Below are positions 38,778 through 52,300 of a DNA stretch of 64,000 nt, one piece after another. Below the pieces are notes generated by a model. It did not search any database, was not told where the DNA came from, and was given only the letters and a program-made list of their open reading frames with translations. The translations under genes were made by a program, and so were the position numbers. The DNA is from Laetmonice hystrix (lineage: Eukaryota), in assembly GCA_965235115.1 (NCBI GenBank), contig OZ249436.1, positions 10,790,001-10,854,000 on the forward strand, written 5' to 3'. The stretch's first letter is position 1, and the number at the start of each line of letters is the position of its first letter.

Positions 38778-41700
38778 AAACGCCAGGGTGCTGTGCTGAA
38801 GCGGCGGGTCCGACTGCACTGCCACCTTCCGGCTACCGGTGGAATCACCACCTGGCCAGGCTGGCAGGCACGTGTGGCGCTTCGGGGAGAGACACGTTTA
38901 TGCAATGATAAGCGAAAAATGGCTTCATTTTTGATACGTCAAATTGAAACTACTCTCCCAAAATTATGATTGTTAGGCCAAATGTATAACTCTCAAACGT
39001 ATACATCTCGTACGTTCGCTACAGATAAATGGTTGTGATATGTATACTTTCCATTTGAGTATCTTCTCCAACTTTTAACATTAGATGCTCCTCGCCTGTA
39101 CCTTTCATTTCGACTACCTCACTGCACGGTTTGCATGGGTACTAGGCCAGCTGGTAAGATGTAGGGACTCCTCACTGTACTGTTTTGCCTCCCATACTGC
39201 TTGGCCTCAGAGTATACTGTTTGGCCTCACTGTACTGTTTGGCCTCACTGTAGTGTTTGCTTGAGTACTAGACCAGCCAGTACCTTGTACGGATTCCTCA
39301 CTGTACTGTTTGGCCTCCCTGTACTCTTTAGCCTCACTATACTGTTTGCTTGTATACAACAGTAGCCAGTGGTATAGGGATGCCTCATGTTTCATGTTTC
39401 CATGCCTTTATTGTCCAGGAGGCAGGCCATACGTTTCGTCTATCATTTACTCCTATCTAATCTGTGGCCCCTACAGACCATCTGTAAGCGTCCGACAACG
39501 TTGTCAGGTAGTCCCCGTGGCTGTTTACCGTACAGGTTTAATTAACAATGGCAAATGACGTTGTACGCTTTTCCTATATCAGATATCCTATCTCCAAGGA
39601 AAAAACGATTACAAAGATGCTGCAGGCAAACGCCAGGGTGCTATGCTGAAGCGGCGGCTCCGACTGCACTGCCACCTTCCGGCTATCGGTGGAATCACCA
39701 CGTATACCTGGCCAGGCTGGCAGGCACCTGTGGCGCTTCGGGGAGAGACACGTTTATGCAATGATAAGCGAAAAATGGCTTCATTTTTGATTCGTCAAAT
39801 TGAAACTACTCTCCCAAAATTATGATTGTTAGGCCAGATGTATAACTCTCAAACGTATACATCTCGTACGTTCGCTAAAGATAAATGGTTGTCATATGTA
39901 TACTTCCTATTTAAGTATCTTCTCCAACTTTTAACATTAGATGCTCCTCGCCTGTACCTTTCATTTCGACTACCTCACTGTACGGTTTGCATGGGTACTA
40001 GGCCAGCTGGTAAGATGTAGGGACTCCTCACTGTACTGTTTTGCCTCCCATACTGCTTGGCCTCAGAGTATACTGTTTGGCCTCACTCTACTGTTTGGCC
40101 TCACTGTAGTGTTTGCTTGAGTGGTAGCCCAGCCAGTACCTTGTAAGGATTCCTCACTGTACTGCTTGGCCTCCCTGTACTCTTTGGCCTTACTGTACTG
40201 TTTGCTTGTATACAACAGTAGCCAGTGGTATATGCCTCATGTTTCATGTTTCCATGCCTTTATTGTCCAGGAGGCAGGCCATACGTTTCGTCTATCATTT
40301 ACTCCTATCTAATCTGTGGCCCCTACAGACAATCTGTAAGCGTCCGACAACGTTGTCAGGTAGTCCCAGTGGCTGTTTGCCGTACAGGTTTAATTAACAA
40401 TGGCAAATGACGTTGTACGCTTTTCCTATATCAGATATCCTATCCCCAAGGAAAAAACGATTACAGAGATGCTGCAGGCAAACGCCAGGGTGCTGTGCTG
40501 CAGCGGCGGGTCCGACTGCACTGCCACCTACGGGCTACCGGTGGAATCACCACGTATACCTGGCCAGGCTGGCAGGCACCTGTGGCGCTTTTGGGAGAGA
40601 CACGTTTATGCAATGATAAGCGAAAAATGGCTTCATTTTTGATACGTCAAATTGAAACTACTCTCCCAAAATTATGATTGTTAGGCTAGGTGTATAACTC
40701 TCAAACGTATACATCTCGTACGTTCGCTAAAGATAAATGGTTGTGATAATGTATACTTCCCATTTGAGTATCTTCTCCAACTTTTAACATTAGATGCTCC
40801 TCGCCTGTACCTTTCATTTCGACTACCTCACTGTACAGTTTGCATGGATACTAGGCCAGCTGGTAAGATGTAGGGACTCCTCACTGTACTGTTTTGCCTC
40901 CCATACTGCTTGGCCTCAGAGTATACTGTTTGGCCTCACTATACTGTTTGGCCTCACTGTAGTGTTTGCTTGAGTACTAGCCCAGCCAGTACCTTGTACG
41001 GATTCCTCACTGTACTGCTTGGCCTACCTGTACTCGTTGGCCTCACTATACTGTTTGCTTCTATACAACAGTAGCCAGTGGTATGCCTCATGTTTCATGT
41101 TTCCATGCCTTTATTGTCCAGGAGGCAGGCCATACGTTTCGTCTATCATTTACTCCTATCTAATCTGTGGCCCCTACAGACAATCTGTAAGCGTCCGACA
41201 ACGTTGTCAGGTAGTCCCCGTGGCTGTTTGCCGTAAAGGTTTAATTAACAATGGCAAATGACGTTGTACGCTTTTCCTATATCAGATATCCTATCCCCAA
41301 GTAAAAAACGATTACAGAGATGTTGCAAGCAAACGCCAGCGTGCTGTGCTGAAGCGGCGGCTCCGACTGCACTGCCACCTTCCGGCTACCGGTGGAATCA
41401 CCACGTATACCTGGCCGGGCTGGCAGGCACCTGTGGCGCTTCGGGGAGAGACACGTTTATGCAATGATAAGCGAAAAATGGCTTCATTTTTGATACGTCA
41501 AATTGAAACTACTCTCCCAAAATTATGATTGTTAGGCCAGATGTATAACTCTCAAACGTATACATCTCGTACGTTCGCTACAGATAAATGGTTGTGATAT
41601 GTATACTTCCCATTTGAGTATCTTCTCCAACTTTTAACATTAGATGCTCCTCGCACCTGTACCTTTCATTTCGACTACCTCACTGCACGGTTTGCATGGG

Positions 41701-44700
41701 TACTAGGCCAGCTGGTAAGATGTAGGGACTCCTCACTGTACTGTTTTGCCTCCCATACTGCTTGGCCCTTAGAGTATACTGTTTGGCCTCACTGTACTGT
41801 TTGGCCTCACTGTAGTGTTTGCTTGAGTACTAGCCCAGCCAGTACCTTGTACGGATTCCTCACTGTACTGCTTGGCCTCCCTGTACACTTTGGCCTCACT
41901 GTACTGTTTGCTTGTATACAACAGTAGCCAGTGGTATAGGGATGCCTCATGTTTCATGTTTCCATGCCATTTATTGTCCAGGAGGCAGGCCATACGTTTC
42001 GTCTATCATTTACTCCTATCTAATCTTTGGCCCCTACAGACCATCTGTAAGCGTCCGACAACGTTGTCAGGTAGTCCCAGTGGCTGTTTGCCGTAAAGGT
42101 TTAATTAACAATGGCAAATGACGTTGTACGCTTTTCCTATATCAGATATCCTATCTCCAAGGAAAAAACGATTACAGAGATGCTGCAGGCAAACGCCAGG
42201 GTGCTGTGCTGAAGCGGCGGCTCCGACTGCACTGCCACCTTCCGGCTACCGGTGGAATCACCACGTATACCTGGCCAGGCTGGCAGGCACCTGTGGCGCT
42301 TCGGGGAGAGACACGTTTATGCAATGATAAGCGAAAAATGGCTTCATTTTTGATACGTCAAATTGAAACTACTCTCCCAAAATTATGATTGTTAGGCCAG
42401 ATGTATAACTCTCAAACGTATACATCTCGTACGTTCGCTAAAGATAAATGGTTGTCATATGTATACTTCCTATTTGAGTATCTTCTCCAACTTTTAACAT
42501 TAGATGCTCCTCGCCTGTACCTTTCATTTCGACTACCTCACTGTACGGTTTGCATGGGTACTAGGCCAGCTGGTAAGATGTAGGGACTCCTCACTGTACT
42601 GTTTTGCCTCCCATACTGCTTGGCCTCAGAGTATACTGTTTGGCCTCACTCTACTGTTTGGCCTCACTGTATTTTTCTTTTGAAATGCACGGGCATCAGG
42701 GGTAACCCAATTACTTTGACAATGTCCCTAAAGAGAAAAGTTGTATAGTCCTCTACAGGAATCGAACACAGGCCCTAAGATTACTGCACCCATTCGCATA
42801 GCATAAGGTGTCGACATCCATGCCCACTAGGCCACCGCCACTCCCCTAAAAAAAGGAGCTTTGGTGGTCGAGCAGGACAATGGACCCTCCCCCCTACACA
42901 CATCTTTTTGAAATGAGACGGAATCCATATTTTCCTAGTTAGAGCTACACATGATTTCTACCGAACATTGACTGTTAAGGTAATCCTGGCACTGGCGTAG
43001 ACTGTATTTTTCTTTTGAAATGCACGGGCATCAGGGGTGTTTGCTTGAGTGGTAGCCCAGCCAGTACCTTGTAAGGATTCCTCACTGTACTGCTTGGCCT
43101 CCCTGTACTCTTTGGCCTTACTGTACTGTTTGCTTGTATACAACAGTAGCCAGTGGTACATGCCTCATGTTTCATGTTTCCATGCCTTTATTGTCCAGGA
43201 GGCAGGCCATACGTTTCGTCTATCATTTAATCCTATCTAATCTGTGGCCCCTACAGACCATCTGTAAGCGTCCGACAACGTTGTCAGGTAGTCCCAGTGG
43301 CTGTTTGCCGTACAGGTTTAATTAACAATGGCAAATGACGTTGTACGCTTTTCCTATATCAGATATCCTATCCCCAAGGAAAAAACGATTACAGAGATGC
43401 TGCAGGCAAACGCCAGGGTGCTGTGCTGCAGCGGCGGGTCCGACTGCACTGCCACCTTCCGGCTACCGGTGGAATCACCACGTATACCTGGCCGGGCTGG
43501 CAGGCACCTGTGGCGCTTCGGGGAGAGACAAGTTTATGCAATGATAAGCGAAAAATGGCTTCATTTTTGATACGTCAAATTGAAACTACTCTCCTAAAAT
43601 TATGATTGTTAGGCCAGATGTATAACTCTCAAACGTATACATCTCGTACGTTCGCTACAGATAAATGGTTGTGATATGTATACTTCCCATTTGAGTATCT
43701 TCTCCAACTTTTAACATTAGATGCTCCTCGCACCTGTACCTTTCATTTCCACTACCTCACTGTACGGTTTGCATGGGTAGCCTACTAGGCCAGCTGGTAA
43801 GATGTAGGGACTCCTCACTGTACTGTTTTGCCTCCCATACTGCTTGGCCTCAGAGTGTACTGTTTGGCCTCACTGTACTGTTTGGCCTCACTGTAGTGTT
43901 TGCTTGAGTAGTAGCCCAGCCAGTACCTTGTACGGATTCCTCACTGTACTGCTTGGCCTCCCTGTACTCTTTGGTCTCACTATACTGTTTGTTTGTATAC
44001 AACAGTAGCCAGTGGTATAGGGATGCCTCATGTTTCATGTTTCCATGCCTTTATTGTCCAGGAGGCAGGCCATACGTTTCGTCTATCATTTACTCCTATC
44101 TAATCTGTGGCCCCTACAGACAATCTGTAAGCGTCCGACAACGTTGTCAGGTAGTCCCCGTGGCTGTTTGCCGTAAAGGTTTAATTAACAATGGCAAATG
44201 ACGTTGTACGCTTTTCCTATATCAGATATCCTATCCCCAAGTAAAAAACGATTACAGAGATGTTGCAAGCAAACGCCAGGGTGCTGTGCTGAAGCGGCGG
44301 CTCCGACTGCACTCCCACCTTCCGGCTACCGGTGGAATCACCACGTATACCTGGCCGGGCTGGTAGGCACCTGTGGCGCTTTGGGGAGAGACACGTTTAT
44401 GCAATGATAAGCGAAAAATGGCTTCATTTTTGATACGTCAAATTGAAACTACTCTCCCAAACGTATACATCTCGTACGTTCGCTACAGATAAATGGCTGT
44501 GATATGTATACTTCCCATTTGAGTATCTTCTCCAACTTTTAACATTAGATGCTCCTCGCCTGTACCTTTCATTTCCACTACCTCACTGTACGGTTTGCGT
44601 GGGTACTAGGCCAGCTGGTAAGATGTAGGGACTCCTCACTGTTCTGTTTTGCCTCCCATACTGCTTGGCCTCAGAGTATACTGTTTGGCCTCACTGTACT

Positions 44701-44836
44701 GTTTGGCCTCACTGTAGTGTTTGCTTGGGTACTAGGCCAATTAGCTTCACTAATTATAGGTTTACTGTTTGCTTGTATATATACAACAGCAGCCAGTAGT
44801 ATAGGGATGCCTCATGTTTCATGTTTCCATGCCTTT
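38778..44836. repeat. ~850-860-bp tandem macro-repeat, ~7 copies
   Basis: AAACGCCAG(G/C)GTGCT recurs at 38778, 39628, 40480, 41331, 42191, 43408 and 44271; internal ~18-bp CACTGTACTGTTTGGCCT subrepeats; the fifth unit carries a 365-bp insertion. Confidence 0.97.
42672..43036 (-). mobile_element. Circularly permuted tRNA-like Pol III repeat monomer (335 bp + ~30 bp) inserted in the macro-repeat
   Basis: 38-bp direct repeats at 42666-42703 and 43001-43038; minus-strand A box TGGCCTAGTGG (42824-42834) and B box GTTCGATTCC (42758-42767); T7 run immediately before the tRNA-like head. Confidence 0.7.
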
Positions 44837-45111
44837 CACTGGCGGATCCAGGATTTCACTAAAGGGGGGGGGGGCACAGAAAAGCAATTCATGATTGTTT
44901 GCATTACTAATTAAAGCTCGATCATGCTCTTGAATGAGAGTTTTAGAGGTATAGGCCTCCATAATAGCTCGGGGTTTCCCTGAGATACACCGTCAGTGTT
45001 AAAATTAATTCAAAATAAGTAGGCGCTAGCCGTGTATAAGCCTAATTAGTGAAGCTAAAGGGGGGGGGCACGTGCCCCCTGTGCCCCCCCCCCCCTCGGG
45101 ATCCGCCTTTG
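44837..45111. mobile_element. MITE of the CA(C/G)TGGCGGATCC family at the end of the macro-repeat
   Basis: CACTGGCGGATCCAGG / GGATCCGCCTTTG ends; G/C homopolymers inside. Confidence 0.55.
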
Positions 45112-45189
45112 GGTAGAACCTAGGATACTCCAGTGCGGGCGCAAGCCGCTCGCCCTAATACATAGCGCACATAACATCGAACTGCAGAC

Positions 45190-45689
45190 CGATCTATGTT
45201 TGAAGCAGTCTACCGATTTGCTCCATCACTTTACGACCCCCATCCAGCCAGTCTACAGGGATGTTGACCTTGCCGTGTGGCAGGGAGGTTGCTGCTGCAG
45301 GCGCAGTCTCCGTGACGCACTCACTGCAGCCCCAGAAACTGGGCGGACTCTGCCCGCCGGTCTGAGTCACTCGGGCCGTCGGATGACTGGCTGGCTGGGA
45401 TGCGCGCCACCGGCCGCCGTGCGAGGCCAAGGCGGTCGGCGGCACTCTTGTACTACGTACCACTCACCCACTCAGCGTTCGGCGGGCAGGCCTACTATAC
45501 TCACCACTTCATAACACACACACGTACCATTTCACGCGCCGCGTGATGGGTCGGAGGAAGCTCACCATGGATTAAGTTTCCTTAAAAAACACTTATTTTG
45601 CCACATTTATACGGGCCCGAATGCTGGAAGCGGAGGCAGTGAGAATGACCGGCTGAGACTGAAGGTTGTCAGCAGTGTGAAAGGTGAGT
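45190..45689. promoter_or_regulatory. CpG/GC-rich candidate (bidirectional) promoter with putative non-coding first exons
   Basis: Locally CpG-dense; plus-strand donor AAG|GTGAGT at 45683/45684; minus-strand GTGAGT donors at 45499-45504 and 45462-45467. Confidence 0.4.
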
Positions 45690-47391
45690 AATTAGTTTAC
45701 AGTACTCAATCATGGTTCATTCTCTCGGCCACAATGTCAGTGTGTTTACAAACCGTCTTGAGGATGATAGACCCACACGTGTGTAGTGTGTGGGTCGATC
45801 TAAGCTAGGAGTATTCAGTGATCAGCTTCAGGCACGTTCAAGTGTTGTGTATGTCACAGTGCCGGTGACCAGAGAGGCAGGTAGGTTAGAGAGGCTTTAG
45901 AGGTATGGAGAACCCACATGTCTTTCTGGCCGGGGAATCTGCTGGGTATTTTTCCTTTTTGTTACGGCGACCTATATTGTGTCGGTATCGAGCGGGTTTG
46001 GCCATTGTGCATGGGCTGGGGTCGCTTCTACCAGCAACAGGAGAGGCAATTACGACAGGATATCCACAGATATGACACTGGATGGACAGCACAAGAAGAA
46101 GGGCCTAACATGTGTCATGTAGGCCTGTGTCCTTGCTAAGGACAAATGCGTTCGATATATTCCTGGATAAAACGGATTACGGTAGAACCCCATGCAGCCA
46201 TACAATTAAAGTTACCTTTATAGGCCTAGATTTGCGACCATCCTTTTCGCAATGGATTGAGGAAAGCGGAGAAGGACCCAGGTGGGGCAGGGGTCACATG
46301 TGCACCTGTCCCTCCCTGATACAGGGAATTGCTAAATTTTGTGATCCACTTCCAGAAATTTGCAAAATGCACAAGTCTATACGCGTAATATTAAAATTGA
46401 GTTAAACCACAGTGACAGTTATATCGGTGAGGGTAATTAAATATTTAACTTCTCAGACATAACGGTAAGGTTTACATCCCATACACAGGTGCCCACTTGT
46501 AACTTTCCTACACCCATCAACATATGGGCTATATATAGGGCCTAACTCGAATTCGAGCCCGCTGGAGACTGCTGGAGGTTGCATATATTCCCCTACATTA
46601 GATAAACCTTTCTACAGTACCGGTACTGATATTTACCTAAAAATAATCGAATTCATGTGACATAATAGAACTAAAGTACCAGATGTTCCACAATAGGTGG
46701 TAGACCTCTCTATATGGGAGACGGTGGCGTGTACTGGTGTATTGTTGGTATATGGGGGTCAACTTTAGCATATTTTAATGACACTCCTGGTGGTTTTAAT
46801 TTAGATAATTTTATTTCACCGTATACAGTTTAATTAGGCCATGTTACTGTATAGTTTGCCCCAGGTGACTGTAATGAAGAATGTGTGAGGTGCCGTGATG
46901 TTATGACAAAAAGTTGTCTGGCATATTATGTTGTGGAACATTTTAACAATGAAAGTGACCCGTACATTTTTATTCTTACCACCTCATGGTCCCAGTCAAT
47001 ACGTGGGTTCTACATGAAAGGAAAAACTTCGGTCCTTGTACCGGGATTTGCACGTGAACTCTGCCAGTAAATGAAAATTGATTTGTTTATTAATCATGAT
47101 ACTATACCAGTACCTTTAGCACATGCATTTAAGTAATTTGGTGAATTCCCCCAATATCTAGATCCGCCCCTGTCAAGGCATAGGCTTGCCCCCCCCCCCC
47201 CAATATCAATAGCTTCCGGATCTCCCCCCCCCCCCAACTATTAATAGCCTCCGACACCCCTGCGCATACAGTCACATTATGGGGTTAGCCTGACCAACAT
47301 TGCGTAACAGTGTCATAATTTTGCCCAAGGCCCTTTGGTTACGTCAGAATTCAGTATTTTCCACTCGCCTAGTAGCTCTTCCTCTTCACTG

Positions 47392-47551
47392 CAGGGGCGG
47401 GTCAAGGATTTTGGCAAGGGGGAGACTTTGCTTGGGGGTGGGGGTGGGGTTGGGAGTCAGCATGGTCAATTCAGAAAGTTCTATGGAGAAAAAAGAAAAA
47501 TTGGCCCCCAAGGGGGGCGAGGGGTTAACCCCCTCCCCTGATCCGCCACTG
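47392..47551. mobile_element. MITE, CAGGGGCGG../..GATCCGCCACTG family
   Basis: Imperfect TIRs of the same family as the copies at 4176 and 44837. Confidence 0.55.
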
Positions 47552-48088
47552 CATGGTGTTCGTGTTTCGGTCAATTCCGGCGCAAAGTGCAGTTCAAACA
47601 TTGTGAATTACAATGGTTTCAAAAAGTGGGTCAGAGGGATTGGGCTGACTCAAAAACAGAGCTGTCATACTAGGCTTAGTTTGTGGATGTCATTGTCTGA
47701 CCACATGCCTGGCTCCAGGCCAGATAATTGAGGCCTGGAGATATAGTACCCAGAAAGTAGTTCAATACAAATGGAAATAACCGTATTGTCGACAATATTT
47801 TATTGCAGAGATTCTCATAAATTTGCAATCTCGGACTTGTTGAATTGAGCACATGTTTGTGAATGCTTCAACTCGATAGATTGATGATGGATTTTATTGT
47901 AATCGCCTGGCGAAAATTCAACATTAAGAGGCAGGGTATAAAGTCATTTTAGATTATTTAAGCTCGTATGCCCTTGCTTGTCAAAGATCAATATGCAATG
48001 TTTACAGACCCTATAACGGCATACGTATATCAATACACCATAAACAATGTTAATAATCAGACTGATTTATATATAAGTTATAGCAACA

Positions 48089-49392
48089 AGACTAGGTGGT
48101 TAGTTACAATAGTTTTATCTGTAGCCTGTAGGTGGTCGAGCTGATCAATGAGTCTAGATGGTTAGTTAAATAGTTTTATCTGTAGCCTGTAGGTGGTCGA
48201 GCTGATCAATGAGTCTAGGTGGTTAGTTACAATAGTTTTATCTGTAGCCTGTAGGTGGTCGAGCTGATCAATGAGTCTAGGTGGTTACTTACAATAGTTT
48301 TATCTGTAGCCTGTAGGTGGTCGAGCTGATCAATGAGTCTAGGTGGTTAGTTACAATAGTTTTATCTGTAGCCTGTAGGTGGTCGAGCTTATCAATGAGT
48401 CTAGGTGGTTAGTTACAATAGTTTTATCTGTAGCCTGTAGGTGGTCGAGATGATCAATGAGACTAGGTGGTTAGTTACAATAGTTTTATCTGTAGCCTGT
48501 AGGTGGTCGAGCTGATCAATGAGTCTAGGTGGTTAGTTACAATAGTTTTATCTGTAGCCTGTAGGTGGTCGAGCTGATCAATGAGTCGAGGTGGTTAGTT
48601 ACAATAGTTTATCTGTAGCCTGTAGGTGGTCAAGCTGATCATTGAGTCTAGGTGGTTAGTTACAATAGTTTTATCTGTAGCCTGTAGGTGGTCGAGCTGA
48701 TCAATGAGTCTAGGTGGTTAGTTACAATAGTTTTATCTGTAGCCTGTAGGTGGTCGAGCTGATCAATGAGTCTAGGTGGTCAGTTACAATAGTTTTATCT
48801 GTAGCCTGTAGGTGGTCGAGCTGATCAATGAGTCTAGGTGGTCAGTTACAATAGTTTTATCTGTAGTCTGTAGGTGGTCGAGCTGATCAATGAGTCTAGG
48901 TGGTTAGTTACAATAGTTTTATCTGTAGCCTGTAGGTGGTCGAGCTGATCAATGAGTCTAGGTGGTCAGTTACAATAGTTTTATCTGTAGCCTGTAGGTG
49001 GTCGAGCTGATCAATGAGACTAGGTGGTCAGTTACAATAGTTTTATCTGTAGCCTGTAGGTGGTCGAGCTGATCAATGAGTCTAGGTGGTTAGTTAAATA
49101 GTTTTATCTGTAGCCTGTAGGTGGTCGAGCTGATCATTGAGTCTAGGTGGTTATAGTTACAATAGTTTTATCTGTAGCCTGTAGGTGGTCGAGCTGATCA
49201 ATGAGTCTAGGTGGTCAGTTACAATAGTTTTATCTGTAGCCTGTAGGTGGTCGAGCTGATCAATGAGTCTAGGTGGTTAGTTACAATAGTTTTATCTGTA
49301 GCCTGTAGGTGGTCGAGCTGATCAATGAGTCTAGGTGGTCAGTTACAATAGTTTTATCTGTAGCCTGTAGGTGGTTGAGCTGATCAATGAGT
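48089..49392. repeat. 62-bp tandem repeat, ~21 copies
   Basis: Unit GAGTCTAGGTGGTTAGTTACAATAGTTTTATCTGTAGCCTGTAGGTGGTCGAGCTGATCAAT. Confidence 0.97.
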
Positions 49393-52300
49393 GAGTGGAG
49401 GTAACCCTTCAGTCTACCGGTATCTCAGTCATGCACAAAGTTATTTGAAGGGCATGAGTTCACAATACTAGGTCATACGAGGTCATAATAAGTTGCTGTA
49501 TATTTCCTTATATCTTTCAAACGATTATACCTATAGAGTCTAATGTAGTGTCCCAATAAAATACACATTTATATGTATTCATTGTATTTAGATAATTTGA
49601 AAACAAGGAATAATATTATGCATAATTTACAATGCAATGCACCATTGCTTTCAGTGTAGGTCATTCACTTTGAAAGGTGTGTATAGTGACTGTGTATCGA
49701 TATCGGTGCTCTGAGGACATAACTTATCGTTATCATACAATATGTGGACCTGTCAGAAGTCAAGAGTCGGTCCCTGCTATCGGAAAGTTTACCTCATGAG
49801 GAAGATCCGTTTGTTTTGCCCTCCTGGACTTGTGATTGCTGATAATACAGGTGGAATATGGAGTGGTTAGTCATGACCAGTCATACCCTCTGGACATGTG
49901 TGTTGACCATCAGATAATCGTTGATGACGTCGGGGATATACTTGAGGTAAATCCCTGCCAGGAGAGCAGCAGGGATTATACAACTGTAAATCCGGGCAAA
50001 CTTTCACCGAGGAAAGTTTTAGGCTTGAAAGAGGTGTTTTGCTTTATAAATGCTAACAGCATTTAAGTTGATGTAATGTACCGGTAAGCATCTTTAGCAT
50101 GCTGATAATAGGCCCCTACCTATAGGCCCTAAGTTAAAATTCATTAGGGCTACACTCCTTTTCTATTCAAAATATTGGTCTCAGAGAAGATATGGAACTA
50201 TTAGAGTACCTGACAAGTTCTCATGTTGGAGGCTGGATGAATGGAAATGATAATATATAACTAATTATAGTTGATGAGAGGAAATTTTAAAAAACGTGCT
50301 GAACGGCGCATACTGTGCCGTTAATCTGAATAAGAAGAAGTTTATGGTAATCGTTGTCGAGGAAGGGCAGCAAACGGCCGCTCTGTGCCAGTACACCACA
50401 TGATCGTGATATCATGTACGTTGGGTGTGCCAGGGAACTGACATGTAGACCTACAAGGGTTGTGTTAATGATGGCGAGAGTCTAGTTCCAGGTCAGCACC
50501 ACCAACACCAGACAAACGTGGACTTGTACCAAACCACATCAGAAAGGCTGCTCCCAGAAAGGTAGGCCCGCTCTGGTTTTGTATACACTGGGCTGACTCC
50601 CAATGAAGTTTCCTCTTTACTGGATCTCTAGTTTTTATAACCAAACTGTGGCGATCTGTTTGGGATGAAATATTTGATGGGTTTCTACGGTTTCTTTGGA
50701 TCAGAAGATTTTGTAAGTTGAAGGTCAGTGGACGAGGGATTGAGTGTTTAGTCGACCTTGTTTAACGTTGACATGTTGAGATAGGCCTACGTATTTTACG
50801 GTAAACGTCATCACTCATGCGTAGAGTCTTGAACCAGGAGGGAGAGTTGACATGATCGGATGACAACGATAACAGTTATGCACGGAGTAGCCAAACTATA
50901 GGCCTATACTCTGAGGCCTACTCTGACCCTGTGTCCAATAGATCTCAGCATATTTGGAGGACCGTGCGAAGGAGGCGTGCAGAAAACCTGGTGACAACAC
51001 CGACACCTCGTGGGTGGGATTCAGGCAGGAAACCTCATCATTCAGGAGCCTGTCATATCATTGGCCAGTCCTGTGTCGTGGGATTGGGCTACTGAGGGGT
51101 TCCTGCTATTTCACCAATGTGATGGGGCAGACCTGCAATAGACAGGATACTATGGTCTGTCTGGGTCAGCTGTGCGACCTGTCATGCCAAATATCAATTA
51201 CACAGGAAAGGGATGTCGGGCGTTGACTTTTTAGTGTGTATAAAAGGGCCAAGAGAACCATTACATTCTTTTGACTAGGCTACAGAAAAGTCATTACCAA
51301 TTGATTACATTAATTAACATGTTAGTAGGCCTACTATTGTATGAAAATGGGGTTCTTTAAGTGATGACCAGATCAAAGTCCGTTACTAAACTCATACAGA
51401 ATAACATCTTTTTACTCCCCTTTTACTGGGCCTATAGATCTGTTCGATTCCACACAACATGCTGGAGGTCATGGTTGTGTGTTCAGCTTGTGCGGCAATC
51501 ACCAGGCATAAATACATCATTGTTCAGCGAAATTGGGATATTTGGCAAAGGTGACCATAGAGATACACTCATTACTGCCCTGCTGCACTTATAATGCTTT
51601 CTGTGTTTGTATGATCAATGACTCTACATGATGGTACATGGTTATATCAAAAGAAAGTGACTTTGTTCAATTCAAGCTGTCTTTAGGTCTATAAAAAGAA
51701 AACTTTGTTACGTTTTTCAAGTAGGTCTATTTTCTGACCAAACGATGTTTTTACATTGACAGTTGTCATAGAATCCTGATATCCGTGGTACAGTTTTCCT
51801 CGAATAATATAAGTAGGACATAATCACTTGACCCTATTCGCGACCCCAATTAAGATAAGGGCTGCCAACAGTTTAAAGTCTGATACGGCATTCTACAGGT
51901 AGGCAACCTGTGGAGAGGAAAAGGTTATTGTGCAAAGGTAACCTTCCCACGAAAAGCGCGATCAACATTGCCGATATTACCAATACAACAGAAAGCTGTG
52001 CAAGGACGAGCAGCTTTTGTGAATAGCGACCATTGAGAAGATACCATTCATCAAATCGTACACTGGCATTTGTGGGAAGATAAGTCGAGGTCAAGTCGCT
52101 CCTCAGCTGGGAAAATCTCAGATGTTTTCTATCAGTAGATAAAGTGATACTGTAAGCCTACTACGAAGGCCTAACGATTCCAGGTAGGATCTCAGGATGT
52201 ATTGGAAATCAGATAGAAAAGAAAGTTAATTACATGTAGGTATACTACTTTGAGCACTTTGACTTGCGCATCTACGATAACACTATAGGCCATATAATGC

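Noticed and set aside
39535..39790. GGTTTAATTA (nematode SL1-like start) and ATTTTTG (Sm-site-like) in each 850-bp unit, suggesting a spliced-leader RNA array
   Set aside because: No GT donor at the expected position, and the Sm-like motif is ~250 nt away, too far for an SL RNA; could be revisited with 5'-end cDNA data.
39555..44407. Recurrent 60-82 aa ORFs in the macro-repeat
   Set aside because: They recur only because the DNA is repeated; no recognisable domain, and several are broken by indels in some units.
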